From the IMG/VR virus record IMGVR_UViG_3300021256_000067: 64,000 nt of DNA. One strand, written 5' to 3'. How positions within the stretch are numbered: the first letter of the stretch is position 1; the number at the start of each line of letters is the position of its first letter. Position numbers and translations under genes: made by a program. A model generated the notes under the pieces. It was not told the DNA's origin and ran no database searches. It saw only the letters and a list, made by a program, of their open reading frames with translations. This document shows, one piece after another, positions 10,376-21,553 of this stretch. Origin of the DNA: an uncultured virus (IMG/VR IMGVR_UViG_3300021256_000067) (lineage: Duplodnaviria; Heunggongvirae; Uroviricota; Caudoviricetes).

Positions 10376-10738
10376 TTAATATCTTTCATAATTCACTAAA
10401 TCATCAAATACACCTGCTAAAAACAATTTTCTGATGTTATGTCCTCTCCTAAGATCTTTATCAATTTCAGACATATGAGGAGTAATTTTGACAATATTAC
10501 CATCATTGACTAAGTATATGTTATACCCCTTATCTAACAAATCAAATGAGAAATGTGCCATACTATATGTGGCAATCTTTTCATATCCATTTGTTATTTC
10601 TTCTTCTGTTGTCTTAAATGTTTGACATATTTTACATCCATTCAAGAGATCCAAATTTGAAGGGACAATTCCATCTATAAGAAAATATATGTCCTTTGTA
10701 AAAACATTATCTGATATTTTATTATCTTCTTGTTTCAT
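10376..10738 (-). CDS. hypothetical protein
   Basis: 120-aa ORF in the block. Confidence 0.7.
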   Translation of the reverse strand: MKQEDNKISDNVFTKDIYFLIDGIVPSNLDLLNGCKICQTFKTTEEEITNGYEKIATYSMAHFSFDLLDKGYNIYLVNDGNIVKITPHMSEIDKDLRRGHNIRKLFLAGVFDDLVNYERY

Positions 10739-10743
10739 ATATC

Positions 10744-10971
10744 TTATTCTCTTACTGGTGCAATCGCTGTCACTGTTTTACTGATTACTTTTCTAGTTAT
10801 TTCACCTCTTTCATTCCTAACAACAAGTCCTTGATTCTTCATTATGTCAAGAAGTTCTTTAGGAAACAGTTCATCGGGAACATCAACAATATATGCTTCA
10901 TAGCAAGCATTCACTCCCATGTAATATTCTTCTGCGCATGGTGTATCACAAACATGAAAACTAAACTTCAT
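10744..10971 (-). CDS. hypothetical protein
   Basis: 75-aa ORF in the block. Confidence 0.6.
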   Translation of the reverse strand: MKFSFHVCDTPCAEEYYMGVNACYEAYIVDVPDELFPKELLDIMKNQGLVVRNERGEITRKVISKTVTAIAPVRE

Positions 10972-10978
10972 TTCTTTA

Positions 10979-11833
10979 TTATTTCTTTACCAATATTTCA
11001 TATTCCTCTCCAACATATCTTCCATGAACCTCAATAATAGTTCCTACAGGAAGATTCCACTTAGTGATTCTCCTGGTCAGTGCTCTGATAGACTTACAGT
11101 GAGTATTTGAACTTGACCATCCATCATATGACAGAACATGTTCTGAACAGAAATCCCAAGTCCCTACAGGAAAGTTTGAATCAGAATGTGAGCTCCAACT
11201 CATGTAACCCTCATCAACATAGTCAGGAAGCTTAATACCTATGCTCCACACTGGAGTATACTTAGGACCATTCTTAATTCTTACTGGAGTAGGATAATTA
11301 CATTTACGATCCCAATACATTGCAGGAGTCTTAGTAATTCTGAAGTGCTTTCCTCTCTCAAACTTATTGCATGAAGGAGAAATATATAACTCGCCATCCT
11401 TAATCATTTCATAATCTGATTTCCCAGTAATGCTTGTCAGTTCAATAGTACCATCCTCATGAATTACAAAGTCCTCAAGCTTTGCCCAATATGGAGATTC
11501 CTTACCCTTATCAGCGTATTCCTTAATCTCATTATACATTTCCCAAAGGCGCTTCTGAGAATAATGACCATAGTTCACCATCAACTCCTCCTGAACCTCC
11601 TTAATAGGACAATTTCTGATAATATACGCATCGATGTAATAAGGAGCATTCATCACAGGATGACAATCATCCTCCTTCCAGTACTTAGGATCATACCAAC
11701 CATAGAACAGATAGTTAGAGATCTTATCCTCCTTACCGTACTTATCCTTGATAGGTGGTTGTGCCTCGCACCACTCCTTGAACTTAGTGAAGGTATCAAA
11801 ACTCTTAATATAAATCTTGTCAATAGCTGCCAT
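10979..11833 (-). CDS. hypothetical protein
   Basis: 284-aa ORF preceded by a TTGAAT-17-TATATT element. Confidence 0.8.
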   Translation of the reverse strand: MAAIDKIYIKSFDTFTKFKEWCEAQPPIKDKYGKEDKISNYLFYGWYDPKYWKEDDCHPVMNAPYYIDAYIIRNCPIKEVQEELMVNYGHYSQKRLWEMYNEIKEYADKGKESPYWAKLEDFVIHEDGTIELTSITGKSDYEMIKDGELYISPSCNKFERGKHFRITKTPAMYWDRKCNYPTPVRIKNGPKYTPVWSIGIKLPDYVDEGYMSWSSHSDSNFPVGTWDFCSEHVLSYDGWSSSNTHCKSIRALTRRITKWNLPVGTIIEVHGRYVGEEYEILVKK

Positions 11834-11880
11834 AGTTCATAAAGTTTTAAAATGATAATCTAAATAATTTATTATATTGT

Positions 11881-11909
11881 AATATAGTACTTTACTCCAG
11901 AATATTCAA
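11881..11909 (-). promoter_or_regulatory. sigma70-like promoter TTGAAT-N17-TATATT
   Basis: Exact 17-nt spacer; near-identical copy at 13876-13904 sharing GTAAAGTACTATATT. Confidence 0.6.
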
Positions 11910-11913
11910 AATG

Positions 11914-12186
11914 TTATTGTATATTTAACATTTTTAAATCTTTCTTAGAGCTCTCATCTATGTTCTTCAGTGTCTCAACAAACTGTTTCTTCTCATCCTC
12001 TGTGAGGTCGTTATAGTAACCCTTCTCACAGTACTTGAGATGACATACCTCACCAGGTAGATATTTCTCGTTCTTTGCATAGTTTGCTACACAGCAATGA
12101 CCGAACAGCTCTTCACAATTATTGTTAAAGGCGCATTCCCAGCAGTCAATAGTATCATTATATGATTCTAATAAATTTTTTCTCAT
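11914..12186 (-). CDS. Cys-rich hypothetical protein
   Basis: 90-aa ORF with seven Cys. Confidence 0.65.
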   Translation of the reverse strand: MRKNLLESYNDTIDCWECAFNNNCEELFGHCCVANYAKNEKYLPGEVCHLKYCEKGYYNDLTEDEKKQFVETLKNIDESSKKDLKMLNIQ

Positions 12187-12530
12187 AAATTCTCAAATTC
12201 ATAATAAGACATAGTAGTCATCTTTCCTATAGTTCGCTCTGACTTAACAGTAGATCCATCAATATTACTCCGATTCAATGTATTATAAATGAGCACTGCC
12301 GAATTTACATCTTTGCGTTCTTCTACTGACTCACTCACCCTGCTCTGAGTGTCCCATACCAGATTAGGCTTATATATAATGAGTGTCATAGGTTTCAGGT
12401 TCAGTGCAGCACATCCTTCCTTAAGAATGAATACCGAATTACAGCCCCTCAACAACTCAAATTTTATTGTCTCACCTTCAGCAAGAACCTTGCTGATCTT
12501 CACATAAATGTCTTTTTCAAAATTATACAT
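12183..12530 (-). CDS. hypothetical protein
   Basis: 115-aa ORF, 4-nt overlap. Confidence 0.65.
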   Translation of the reverse strand: MYNFEKDIYVKISKVLAEGETIKFELLRGCNSVFILKEGCAALNLKPMTLIIYKPNLVWDTQSRVSESVEERKDVNSAVLIYNTLNRSNIDGSTVKSERTIGKMTTMSYYEFENL

Positions 12531-12582
12531 AATCTTAAAAATTTTAAAGAAGTTATTTAATTTTTAATTTTAAAGATAAAAT

Positions 12583-13146
12583 TTAATTTTTAATTTTAAA
12601 GATAAAATTGGTCTCAAGAAACTTTTCTACGGATTTATCTTTGTTCCAATTATTGATATATCCGTCAGCATCAATACTCATGATAATATAATCTCCATAT
12701 CCCTCTTCGTCAGGACAGAGAAAGTCTGGAACATAGTCCTCCTCATCATACAAAATATTTTCCCCAGCTACAATTGAGATACGACATTCATCACAGACCT
12801 TATAATAAATATCTGCGGTCACACCCTTTTCCCAATTGATAATCTGTCCGGTGGCAATGTCAATTCTTGGCTCCCAGCAATCGAAACTCACGCAGGGCAT
12901 CTTTGGGTTCTCATTATCATCAACTTCCCCATTCACCTTACCGTCTTCAAAATAACGAACCCTAGCATAAACATTGATTTCTGTAGGATAATAGGGACAC
13001 TGTTCATTAGGACACTGTTCATTAGGGGACTGTTCATCAAGCCACTTCAAACATTCTTTTAGTGTCACGTCATAATCAGCAAACCTCTGCTCATCAGCAT
13101 CAGACAATATCATGCTGATACAATTCTTTATTTGTTCATCTTTCAT
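12583..13146 (-). CDS. hypothetical phage protein
   Basis: 187 aa; W.P.ID..TG.I.NW..G...YKVCD...YVP...GYGDYI.M.I...G.I..W. Confidence 0.75.
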   Translation of the reverse strand: MKDEQIKNCISMILSDADEQRFADYDVTLKECLKWLDEQSPNEQCPNEQCPYYPTEINVYARVRYFEDGKVNGEVDDNENPKMPCVSFDCWEPRIDIATGQIINWEKGVTADIYYKVCDECRISIVAGENILYDEEDYVPDFLCPDEEGYGDYIIMSIDADGYINNWNKDKSVEKFLETNFIFKIKN

Positions 13147-13258
13147 AGTCTTCTATCATTTCTTCTAAAATTGTATAAAAATCATTAGTCATATCCTCAG
13201 CTGCAAGTGTAGCAGCAGTATTTACAATTTCATTAAACTGTTCGTGTGTCATACTTTC

Positions 13259-13483
13259 TTAATTATTGTTATCAATATTATTCTTAATATATATATCTTT
13301 CCACATTTCATCGAGCTGAATACGTAGTTCATTGACCTCTTCTTGTAATAGATTGTTCTGTTTCTTAATCCACTTAAGTTCATCCGTAATTTCATTATTT
13401 GGCTTTTCAATCAACTCAGAAATTAGCCAATAAAAGCCAAAATATGATGCAATAATTCCTAATAAAATAATTATGATTCCCAT
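13259..13483 (-). CDS. membrane-anchored coiled-coil protein
   Basis: N-terminal TM followed by coiled coil. Confidence 0.6.
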   Translation of the reverse strand: MGIIIILLGIIASYFGFYWLISELIEKPNNEITDELKWIKKQNNLLQEEVNELRIQLDEMWKDIYIKNNIDNNN

Positions 13484-13506
13484 ATCTCAATCTTTATTTA
13501 CTTTAT

Positions 13507-13827
13507 TTATATAGTCATCACCTTAATATTTCCTGTCTCTATGTCCATTAGCTTCTCAACAATAATATTCAATTGTCGCATAAGTTCACCATTATCTTTC
13601 TTAAGATCGTTATTCTGTTGTTCAAGATGTTCAATTTTCTTAGACATTGCTGCAAGTTGTAACGAGAGTTCTGTCTCTGCAGACTCAATCATTTCTCGTG
13701 TATCACTATGTAGATTATAGTTGTTCTTCTCCATATCAAGGAGGTCCTTGCGAATCCAATATTGATGCAATTCCATGATTGCCCAAAGTGCAATGTAATA
13801 AATTAATAAAGCAGTTGTAATTTCCAT
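13507..13827 (-). CDS. membrane-anchored coiled-coil protein
   Basis: N-terminal TM followed by coiled coil. Confidence 0.65.
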   Translation of the reverse strand: MEITTALLIYYIALWAIMELHQYWIRKDLLDMEKNNYNLHSDTREMIESAETELSLQLAAMSKKIEHLEQQNNDLKKDNGELMRQLNIIVEKLMDIETGNIKVMTI

Positions 13828-13875
13828 AAATTTTATAATTTTTAGTGAATGAATTTAGTGAATAAATTTATATAT

Positions 13876-13904
13876 AATATAGTACTTTACCATATAAAAT
13901 TCAA
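13876..13904 (-). promoter_or_regulatory. sigma70-like promoter TTGAAT-N17-TATATT
   Basis: Second copy of the 11881-11909 element. Confidence 0.6.
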
Positions 13905-14106
13905 AGCATCAAGATCTATTTAACACTTTTTAACCAAGTTAAGGTGTTATTTTCTGTTTCTATCTTAGCATTGATTTCCTCATATGCCTTAACAAGAATT
14001 TTTTCTGTTATCCTATATTCGCAACTAAAAATCATATGATCTAATGTGTCACGTGTTTCATTGAGTTCTTGTATCAATGCTTCAACTTCTTTAATAGTTT
14101 CGTTCA

Positions 14107-14727
14107 TCATTCACAATATTTTGCTAACCAATAATTGCTTCTCTCCATTATATTAGAATATAGATCGTCAACTGCCTGAAAGTATTCATACTTATCAATC
14201 GGTGTACAATTTTTTATGAATTCATCCTCCTCATGAGAAAGAACTGTTACTTCAGTACATGCATCAAATCCTGCCCACTGACAATCCGCATACATAGAAG
14301 TATCATGGACAAGATTGTTATATATTCCTGCATAGGTAATTGTCCAAGACCGGGTTTCCTTAGAATACGAAATTCCAGTGATGACACCATAGTTAGCACA
14401 TTCACGATCTTGTCCAGGAACATAGAACTTATACATCTTTCCAATCTGAATATTGTCAAATTTGAATTTACTGCTCAATGCAGCTTTCTTGTCATATAAG
14501 TTGCTGAGCTTATTTCGTGTATTCTCAATCTCCTTATCTAACATATTGGTCTTATACATGTTCTTTGCATATTGATTGATAGGAGAGGAGTCAACTATAT
14601 CGTCATCACTAATATTACACAAGGTATCATAATGTCCGGGTTCATCCTCTACAATATATTGAATATGCCCGTTTGACTTAGTAATGTTAACTACCTCGTA
14701 GATTTTATCAGCATACTTAATCTTCAT
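14107..14727 (-). CDS. hypothetical protein
   Basis: 206-aa ORF in the block. Confidence 0.75.
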   Translation of the reverse strand: MKIKYADKIYEVVNITKSNGHIQYIVEDEPGHYDTLCNISDDDIVDSSPINQYAKNMYKTNMLDKEIENTRNKLSNLYDKKAALSSKFKFDNIQIGKMYKFYVPGQDRECANYGVITGISYSKETRSWTITYAGIYNNLVHDTSMYADCQWAGFDACTEVTVLSHEEDEFIKNCTPIDKYEYFQAVDDLYSNIMERSNYWLAKYCE

Positions 14728-14737
14728 ATCTTAAAAG

Positions 14738-15340
14738 TTATCTTTGAATTAAAAATTGTTGTTTATAACGTTCAAGTAATGTTATGATATTGTTATCAAT
14801 CTCAGGGTGCTCACACTTTAACCGCCATCGATATTTAAGAACATCGTTAAGTCTTATCATACTATATGTTTCTTCATTATTGAGTACACCAACACAAAGT
14901 TTCATTTCTCTATCTGTGATACCCTCATACGTATCAGTCTGTACAAAATGTAACAGTTGTTCATCAAGCATATCAGAATCATCATCAAGAATGACATAAT
15001 TCTCAACATCCATATAATGTTTCTCAAGCCACCTTCTGATTTCATCACCACGCATACTACCTTGTGTATCAGTCATATCATATATATTCCCAATGAATGA
15101 CTTAAGTATATCATATGATATTGACGGATTAGTCTTAACTCGAAAATCATTCAATAAAGATAATTTAAATATTTCTATATTACCCTGAAACCCGATCCTC
15201 CACGAGGATGTGATAACAATCTTGGCGTCACATCCTCGGCATATTCCATTTATCATATCAGCTTTCACAGAATCAAATTTCCACTTACTTTCTGCATGGG
15301 TTATTACACCGTCAAAGTCAAGAAATATTACTTTCATCAT
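14738..15340 (-). CDS. HAD-superfamily phosphatase (HAD_SAK_2 'Swiss army knife RNA repair'-like)
   Basis: FLDFDGVI, IVITSSWR, RGDEI..WL, YVILDD motifs. Confidence 0.8.
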   Translation of the reverse strand: MMKVIFLDFDGVITHAESKWKFDSVKADMINGICRGCDAKIVITSSWRIGFQGNIEIFKLSLLNDFRVKTNPSISYDILKSFIGNIYDMTDTQGSMRGDEIRRWLEKHYMDVENYVILDDDSDMLDEQLLHFVQTDTYEGITDREMKLCVGVLNNEETYSMIRLNDVLKYRWRLKCEHPEIDNNIITLLERYKQQFLIQR

Positions 15341-15512
15341 CTAATATTTTTTCTATGTCATTGATTAATGTATCTATATGATTAAATGGTGTCATATCAA
15401 CTCCATATTTGCTATCTAATAATACGTGAGTTTTTATTGTATTCACCCACGTATTAATATTAGATAATTTGCTCTTTATTGCTTCATTTTTGTTCATTAC
15501 TTTCGTTTTTAT

Positions 15513-16991
15513 TCAAGATACATATGCATCCATCATTTCCATATCAACTTCACCATTGTCAATAAGGCTCTTTTCCTTCTCACGGAACTTAACTGTCTTA
15601 AGCTTGAATGCTTCATTCACGGGATCATTATCAATTCTCAATACAATACCCTCTCGTGCAACCTTATTATTACACATTGGCTCATTAAGTTCCATACCAA
15701 AATGTTCCTTGTCATTCTGCATTGCTGCAAGAATATTCTCATGCCAATGGTTCTCAATAGAAATATCTGGATAAAGATCCTTCAGTGTACCATGATACAA
15801 AACGGGTATTGGCTGTAGCCATTCAGCTATCTCAGGATGTTCCTCTATTAGTTTATTGGTAAAGTCTCTTACCTCAAGAACATCCCATTCATATTTCTTA
15901 CCCTCACCAATATCAGTTGTGATACGATATATCATCATCTTGTTATGTCCAGGCTTACATCCATAGTCATATCCCTTCTGAATCATTTTAGATTCTCCAG
16001 TAAGGTATCCGAATATCTCTCCATAAACTGTCATGCCCTTAGGAATATATGGGAACAGTTTTTCAGAATACTCTCCCCAGATGTCTGAACCATAGAAATC
16101 GTGGTCACGAGCATCCTTATTGATATACTTGTTCTTAATTATGTTTCTTGATGAATATACATTGTCATAACCGATTTCATAATCAATATAACGATGATCT
16201 GTAAAGGCATTAGTCTTATCAATGAACCAATTCCACATTCTCTTATAGAAGGCAATCTTCTTTGGAATTCTTGTCTTTACATTTGCGATGATAGCACTTG
16301 TTCCATGAACCTTGACAGATATAGTAACTACGTCATCTGGCTTAATCAATGACATGTTCTTTGCAAGTGGATCTGTATCATAATGGAACTTGAACTCTCC
16401 CTCTATGATCCTGTCAAATCGTTTAAGTTTCTTATTTCGTTTATCACTCTTTGCACGTTCAGACTTTGGCTTCACATAAGGAACATATGCCTTGACAAAT
16501 AGTTCATCACATACAGTATCAAAATCCTTCCCAACATAGTCCTCAAGATTGACGCCTGCAGCCTCTGGCTTCCATTTTGCTAAGGTATTAAGTGAGAACA
16601 GAAAACCAAATGAAGGTACTCCTCTCAATCGTATCATCTTGACACGACCACGCTTATTGAAAAATCCAACAAGCTTCTTAGCCTCATCCTTCTTATTATC
16701 ATTAATAAGCTTTTCAACTTTTTTAGCATTTGAGTTAAGTTCATATGAACCAATCTCAAATAGATTATTTGCTGCCAAGAAATCAAGATTTAGTTGACAT
16801 TCATTAGAGGCATATAGCATCAAGTCACCCTCCTTGACCTCATCTTTACGTACAACAATGGAATCACCATTTATGACGGTTTGAGCGAGGAAGTCAGAAC
16901 CCTCTATAGGAGTAATTTCACCAATTCTTACTACATTACAGCAGTACTCACTCTTGCCATCTTTGGACATTTTGAAAATATCTTTACTCAT
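15513..16991 (-). CDS. ATP-dependent RNA ligase (Rnl2/DRB0094-like, N-terminal OB-like domain)
   Basis: Nucleotidyltransferase motifs KVHGTS (I), SSRN (Ia), YGEIFG (III), REGIVLR (IV), FKLK (V); N-terminal 'PIEGSDFL...RLRGVPSFG' region. Confidence 0.85.
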   Translation of the reverse strand: MSKDIFKMSKDGKSEYCCNVVRIGEITPIEGSDFLAQTVINGDSIVVRKDEVKEGDLMLYASNECQLNLDFLAANNLFEIGSYELNSNAKKVEKLINDNKKDEAKKLVGFFNKRGRVKMIRLRGVPSFGFLFSLNTLAKWKPEAAGVNLEDYVGKDFDTVCDELFVKAYVPYVKPKSERAKSDKRNKKLKRFDRIIEGEFKFHYDTDPLAKNMSLIKPDDVVTISVKVHGTSAIIANVKTRIPKKIAFYKRMWNWFIDKTNAFTDHRYIDYEIGYDNVYSSRNIIKNKYINKDARDHDFYGSDIWGEYSEKLFPYIPKGMTVYGEIFGYLTGESKMIQKGYDYGCKPGHNKMMIYRITTDIGEGKKYEWDVLEVRDFTNKLIEEHPEIAEWLQPIPVLYHGTLKDLYPDISIENHWHENILAAMQNDKEHFGMELNEPMCNNKVAREGIVLRIDNDPVNEAFKLKTVKFREKEKSLIDNGEVDMEMMDAYVS

Positions 16992-17058
16992 AACTTATGT
17001 ACATTTTAAAATTGTTTTTATAAAATAAAAATGTTCTTATGAAAATTCAATTTTATCT

Positions 17059-17475
17059 TTAAGATTTATCATCTTTAAGATTTTCTAATTCTTTATTGAC
17101 TTCATCAAGTCTTCTCTTATAATATTCAATAGCTTCTTCTTTTTCTTTTATTAATAATTCTTTAAACTCGCCCTTCCATTTTTTCCAGTTTACTTTAACA
17201 GTATCCCTAAATGTTCGAAGAATTACATTTCTTTTGATAAATTCAACTTCATCAGGATGATCATCAAAAGAAATCCTAATAGATTGACTCACTTCATTGA
17301 TTTCCTCTACAGATATACTTACACATTCCTCATAATCTTCTGGAAATGCTTCAATAAATTCTTTAACTTCTGGAACAGAGATCCAATAAAAAAGCCAATG
17401 TTCAGTGCTAGTGATATATTCACGAATGTCTCGTTTGATAGACGTAATATTGTCTAATATCTCATTTGCTTCCAT
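17059..17475 (-). CDS. hypothetical protein
   Basis: 138-aa ORF. Confidence 0.7.
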   Translation of the reverse strand: MEANEILDNITSIKRDIREYITSTEHWLFYWISVPEVKEFIEAFPEDYEECVSISVEEINEVSQSIRISFDDHPDEVEFIKRNVILRTFRDTVKVNWKKWKGEFKELLIKEKEEAIEYYKRRLDEVNKELENLKDDKS

Positions 17476-17484
17476 AACTTATTT

Positions 17485-18453
17485 TTATTTTTTAGGAATC
17501 AGATAAAAATCATTATATAATTCATCCAAGTGTTTGTCTGTCCAAATGGGAGGTTCAGTCTCATCTATAGATTGTTGATACCAATCAGTAAGATATCCTC
17601 GGCTCACACAATTATTTTCTACGGCGCATTGTAACCTTAACCTACTCAATTCCAATGTATCAATCATTTCAGGACCATGCTGATTATATTGTTCAAGTTC
17701 TTCCCAATCCTTCTTTAATTGTTCTGGTGAAGTCTCATCAAAATATTTCTGCAAACCAATTATAATATCATGTGGCTGAGACTTATCATCAAAATAAAGA
17801 AGAGTAGGATTATCCTTCTTCACAGTTGTGATTTCTTTAATTTGTTCTGGTGTTAAATTTAAAGAAGTTGTTTGTTCAAGAATCTCGCTAAATCTTGCGA
17901 CATCAAATCCATGAGTAATGATATGGACACCATGTGCAGTTTGAATTTTTGCAATGATATTGTCATACACATCTGCATTGGGATTTTCCATAGGAAATGC
18001 AGAACGGCACTTGTAAATTTTTTCACAAATAATATCAATTTGTTCCGGTGTTAAATTATCAATATCAACAATCCATTTTTTCTTAACGCCCATCTTAGGT
18101 GTTATACCACATGCATGATCATATACCCTATGACCTTGTGAACATCTGTCTTCTCGAACCAAATCAATGTATGCCTTAGCGGCAGCAAGTGCAACTTCTC
18201 TTGCATTTCTTACATTAAGATTGATATATGCACGAGCATTGTTCTGCTTACATAACTGAATTATTGCTTCTTTGCGCCTGTCAAAATCTTCAAGACTTCT
18301 GATATAATAAGTCTTAATGGTACGATAACCATTATTCGCAGAAGGAACTAAGTTACCGTCCTTCTTGCGCTGAATAATCTGCAAAAAATAGAAATCATCC
18401 TTATCATCAAATGTAAGAAGATTCTTGATTACATAAAAATTGTTAATAGTCAT
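17485..18453 (-). CDS. conserved phage protein, possible AEP/prim-pol-like fold
   Basis: WIVDID (DxD) and QTAHGVHII (TxxGxH) motifs. Confidence 0.55.
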   Translation of the reverse strand: MTINNFYVIKNLLTFDDKDDFYFLQIIQRKKDGNLVPSANNGYRTIKTYYIRSLEDFDRRKEAIIQLCKQNNARAYINLNVRNAREVALAAAKAYIDLVREDRCSQGHRVYDHACGITPKMGVKKKWIVDIDNLTPEQIDIICEKIYKCRSAFPMENPNADVYDNIIAKIQTAHGVHIITHGFDVARFSEILEQTTSLNLTPEQIKEITTVKKDNPTLLYFDDKSQPHDIIIGLQKYFDETSPEQLKKDWEELEQYNQHGPEMIDTLELSRLRLQCAVENNCVSRGYLTDWYQQSIDETEPPIWTDKHLDELYNDFYLIPKK

Positions 18454-18457
18454 GATT

Positions 18458-18796
18458 CTACTGTTTAATGTTTATTAAAGTTAAAATGTCGCCGACCTTA
18501 TATTTTTCAGGTTCATCCCAAAACACATATTTTTCATTAATAAAATTTTTATCTTTTCTAAGGAAGAAACAAGTTTCTACTGTATACTTCCATAATGGTT
18601 TTAGTGTAGAGTGTTCGTCTTCAAATTGAGTAAAATCTTCTTCAATTTTTATAACACGAAATTCTATTGGAAGTATTTTATCCTCAACAGAATTTTTAAA
18701 TCTATTTGCATTGAAATAACGAGTCTCCTTATAAAGGAAATTTAGAACTGTTAAACCAATCATTAACGCTGAGCAAATTAAAACTATTGTATCCAT
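18458..18796 (-). CDS. membrane-anchored hypothetical protein
   Basis: N-terminal TM. Confidence 0.65.
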   Translation of the reverse strand: MDTIVLICSALMIGLTVLNFLYKETRYFNANRFKNSVEDKILPIEFRVIKIEEDFTQFEDEHSTLKPLWKYTVETCFFLRKDKNFINEKYVFWDEPEKYKVGDILTLINIKQ

Positions 18797-18839
18797 AATT
18801 TGATAAATTATAAATTTGATAAATTATATTCTTTAACAA

Positions 18840-18875
18840 TGCAAAGATACAAAAACTTTTTGATATTGGTAAGTA
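18840..18875 (-). promoter_or_regulatory. Bacteroidota -7 promoter (TATCTTTG)
   Basis: Reverse complement of 18842-18849, intergenic. Confidence 0.7.
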
Positions 18876-18902
18876 TACAGTCCTTTTTTAACAATTATTA
18901 AC

Positions 18903-19190
18903 TTATTTGAGGCTAGATTTTATGATTTGTTTATTGGCGAAATCTGAAACAGCTTCCCATAGAAACGTATCAAGACTATGTACAAATGTATCGTCGTCGG
19001 TATAAAAGTACATATCTTCTATTGAACTATATGCTGCAATTACATTTTCCTTTGTCTTGACGAAATATCCTTTCTTATCATATATGAATGGTTCTTTCTT
19101 ACTACTACTGAGACCAAAATAGATATAGTTGCGTTTTGTAAGTACGTTCCAACAAACTTTGAGTTTTTCGACAAATCGTTTCATAAACAA
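18903..19190 (-). CDS. hypothetical protein
   Basis: 95-aa ORF. Confidence 0.6.
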   Translation of the reverse strand: MFMKRFVEKLKVCWNVLTKRNYIYFGLSSSKKEPFIYDKKGYFVKTKENVIAAYSSIEDMYFYTDDDTFVHSLDTFLWEAVSDFANKQIIKSSLK

Positions 19191-19196
19191 ATAATT

Positions 19197-19517
19197 TTAT
19201 TTTAAATCAAATAATTCATCTTTAGTATAATTCCAACCAGCATCTGTATCTCTACAAAATATATTGAACAAATCCTCTGGTTCGGTTTCCTTGATTTGTT
19301 CCAATAATTCGTCTTTTAATTTTGCTAATCGTTCCTTTGTGAAATACTGACGTTCAACTTCTCGTTCATCAGCATCTAAGTCATTAAGGTCAACATATTT
19401 TTCAGATGTCTCATAATCAACAGGTACATTTATGTAATCCATTTCTATATTAATTATTGGCTCAAATGTGTATACTCTGTTATCTACATATTCTTTATTT
19501 GTAACTAAATTCTCCAT
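19197..19517 (-). CDS. acidic hypothetical protein
   Basis: 106-aa ORF. Confidence 0.65.
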   Translation of the reverse strand: MENLVTNKEYVDNRVYTFEPIINIEMDYINVPVDYETSEKYVDLNDLDADEREVERQYFTKERLAKLKDELLEQIKETEPEDLFNIFCRDTDAGWNYTKDELFDLK

Positions 19518-19547
19518 ATCTTTCTTTTTTCACCTCTTTTAAGACTT

Positions 19548-19769
19548 TTATGAATCAACTTCTATCTCATCAATTACCCTATATCGTTTAGGGCGAATAT
19601 TTGGATAATTGTCTTTTATTTCTTTTAATCTTGCTTTTGCTGTTTCAAGTTCAAAATAATCTACAGTGTCATATATACACCACCCAAACCAATGTTTCTT
19701 TTGAATAACATAATATCTGGTGCTACTAAACTTCTCTTTAATTCTGAATCTTACTGTTTTATTTTTCAT
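19548..19769 (-). CDS. family D protein
   Basis: FRIKE...YYVIQKKHWFGW. Confidence 0.65.
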   Translation of the reverse strand: MKNKTVRFRIKEKFSSTRYYVIQKKHWFGWCIYDTVDYFELETAKARLKEIKDNYPNIRPKRYRVIDEIEVDS

Positions 19770-20420
19770 GATTCATCTGTCAAATTGTTCAAAAATGTTT
19801 TCTATATTTTTAATAAATTTCATTTCCTGTTGCTCTAAGCAATCAAGTAGTGTTTGTAATGTCATATTGCCTCCGTAATACGGTATAAGCTCATTTTTCA
19901 CTATCTGAATCTTATTTCTCGTTTGATTAAGCAATGTGTCATTTTCGTAAAACTCACGTTTAATTTCTGTGCTCCTTTTCATAATTCTGAATTATTTTTT
20001 GTTTCATCATCACACATGAATTCTTTTGCAAATGCCATAGTAATCTCTCCAAATTGTTTACCAGAGATATATTCTTTAGGAGCTAAAAATTGCACCAACC
20101 AATCAAAATGCTCATTGGTTTTTTTATCTATTTGATCTTTTATTATACCTTTAAGATAATATAATGTAACAAAGATCCCTATTAAGATTCCTACGCATAG
20201 AACAATCGCAAATATAAGAGTTTCAATCATATCTTAAATAAAATTTTTAAATATTATATACACCTCTATCTATTAAATGTCTCATTTCTCTCTCAAAGTA
20301 TTCGCATTGATATGGGAGGACATTATCAATCCACTTATCAATTAAGTGTCTGTATTTGACATGCCAACTTGTTCGGCAACGCCATTGCAAATATGTTCTG
20401 AGTTCTTTTGTCATAATTTG

Positions 20421-20825
20421 TTATTTTGAGTCCTTGAAGAAATAATGATATTTTGTTTTATTTTTCTTTTTTGAATCAATGTTATTGCGTTCACAAATTA
20501 GATGGGTTATCATTGCATATGCGTTATCAATATCTTTATATTCAAGTTTTACATCTTTCACATGATAATCATAGACCTCAGTACGTTGCCTTGCTTTATA
20601 TGTTCGCCATATAATGAACCGCTTATATTGTATGTAATAAACTGATGTTCCGTCATTACGTACAATCTCCTTTATTCTATATTTTCTTCTGTCAAAAGGA
20701 TATGAATTTGGTACACCAGTAATCATAGAACCTATGACAAGACAGAGCAAAAATAAAATTGAACCACCACAGAATAATAATGTTAGTAATATTGCATCGT
20801 TCATAGTTTCAATCTTTTTTATCAA
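20421..20825 (-). CDS. membrane-anchored family D protein
   Basis: TM + YRIKE...YYIQYKRFIIWRTY. Confidence 0.7.
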   Translation of the reverse strand: MIKKIETMNDAILLTLLFCGGSILFLLCLVIGSMITGVPNSYPFDRRKYRIKEIVRNDGTSVYYIQYKRFIIWRTYKARQRTEVYDYHVKDVKLEYKDIDNAYAMITHLICERNNIDSKKKNKTKYHYFFKDSK

Positions 20826-21553
20826 ATTTGCCGTGCATAACTAATGTTTTAACCAATTCTTCTGTAGGATCTGCATAATATACATCACTATGTAAAATAA
20901 TACTTGATTCGGTTGACAAGATAAACCTGATTGGGTTGCGTTGTTCTGCGTAGCCAATTCTCACCTCGACATTATCATCAAGTTTCTCGAGTATTTGTCT
21001 TAATTCTTTGACAGTCATAATTCTTTTATTTTAAAATTTATATATCTAATATAAAAATGTATTATGAAAAATTAAAATATCATTGGATTATTTAACATCA
21101 CTTTACATTTCATTTAGAAATCTTATCTAACCATCCTGTCATAAAAATCCGAATAGTCTTAGCTGATTCTATGTTCCCAAAACTTTCATTGATTGCTACA
21201 TTACTTTCAAAAAGACTTTTAACTTCTTTAAAGTTTTCTTCATCTGTTTTTGAGTCATCCCAAATATTTTCTACAAGTTTTGGAAAATTTTCCTTAGCAA
21301 AATCTCCAGCACCAATCTTGAACATTGTATAGCAAACGTTCACAAAATCATTTATCTCATTTAAAATTTTTTCTTTCATATTAATATGGTGTTTTATCTT
21401 CGTAATAATCACAAATAATATCTTCAAACCCTTCAAGAAGATCGTCTTCCTCAATTAAAGGATTTCCTTCATACTTCTCATAGAGTTTGTCACATTCTTC
21501 TCTAATACGTGCGATAACATCCTCTATTGTCATGTTTACATACTTACCCATAA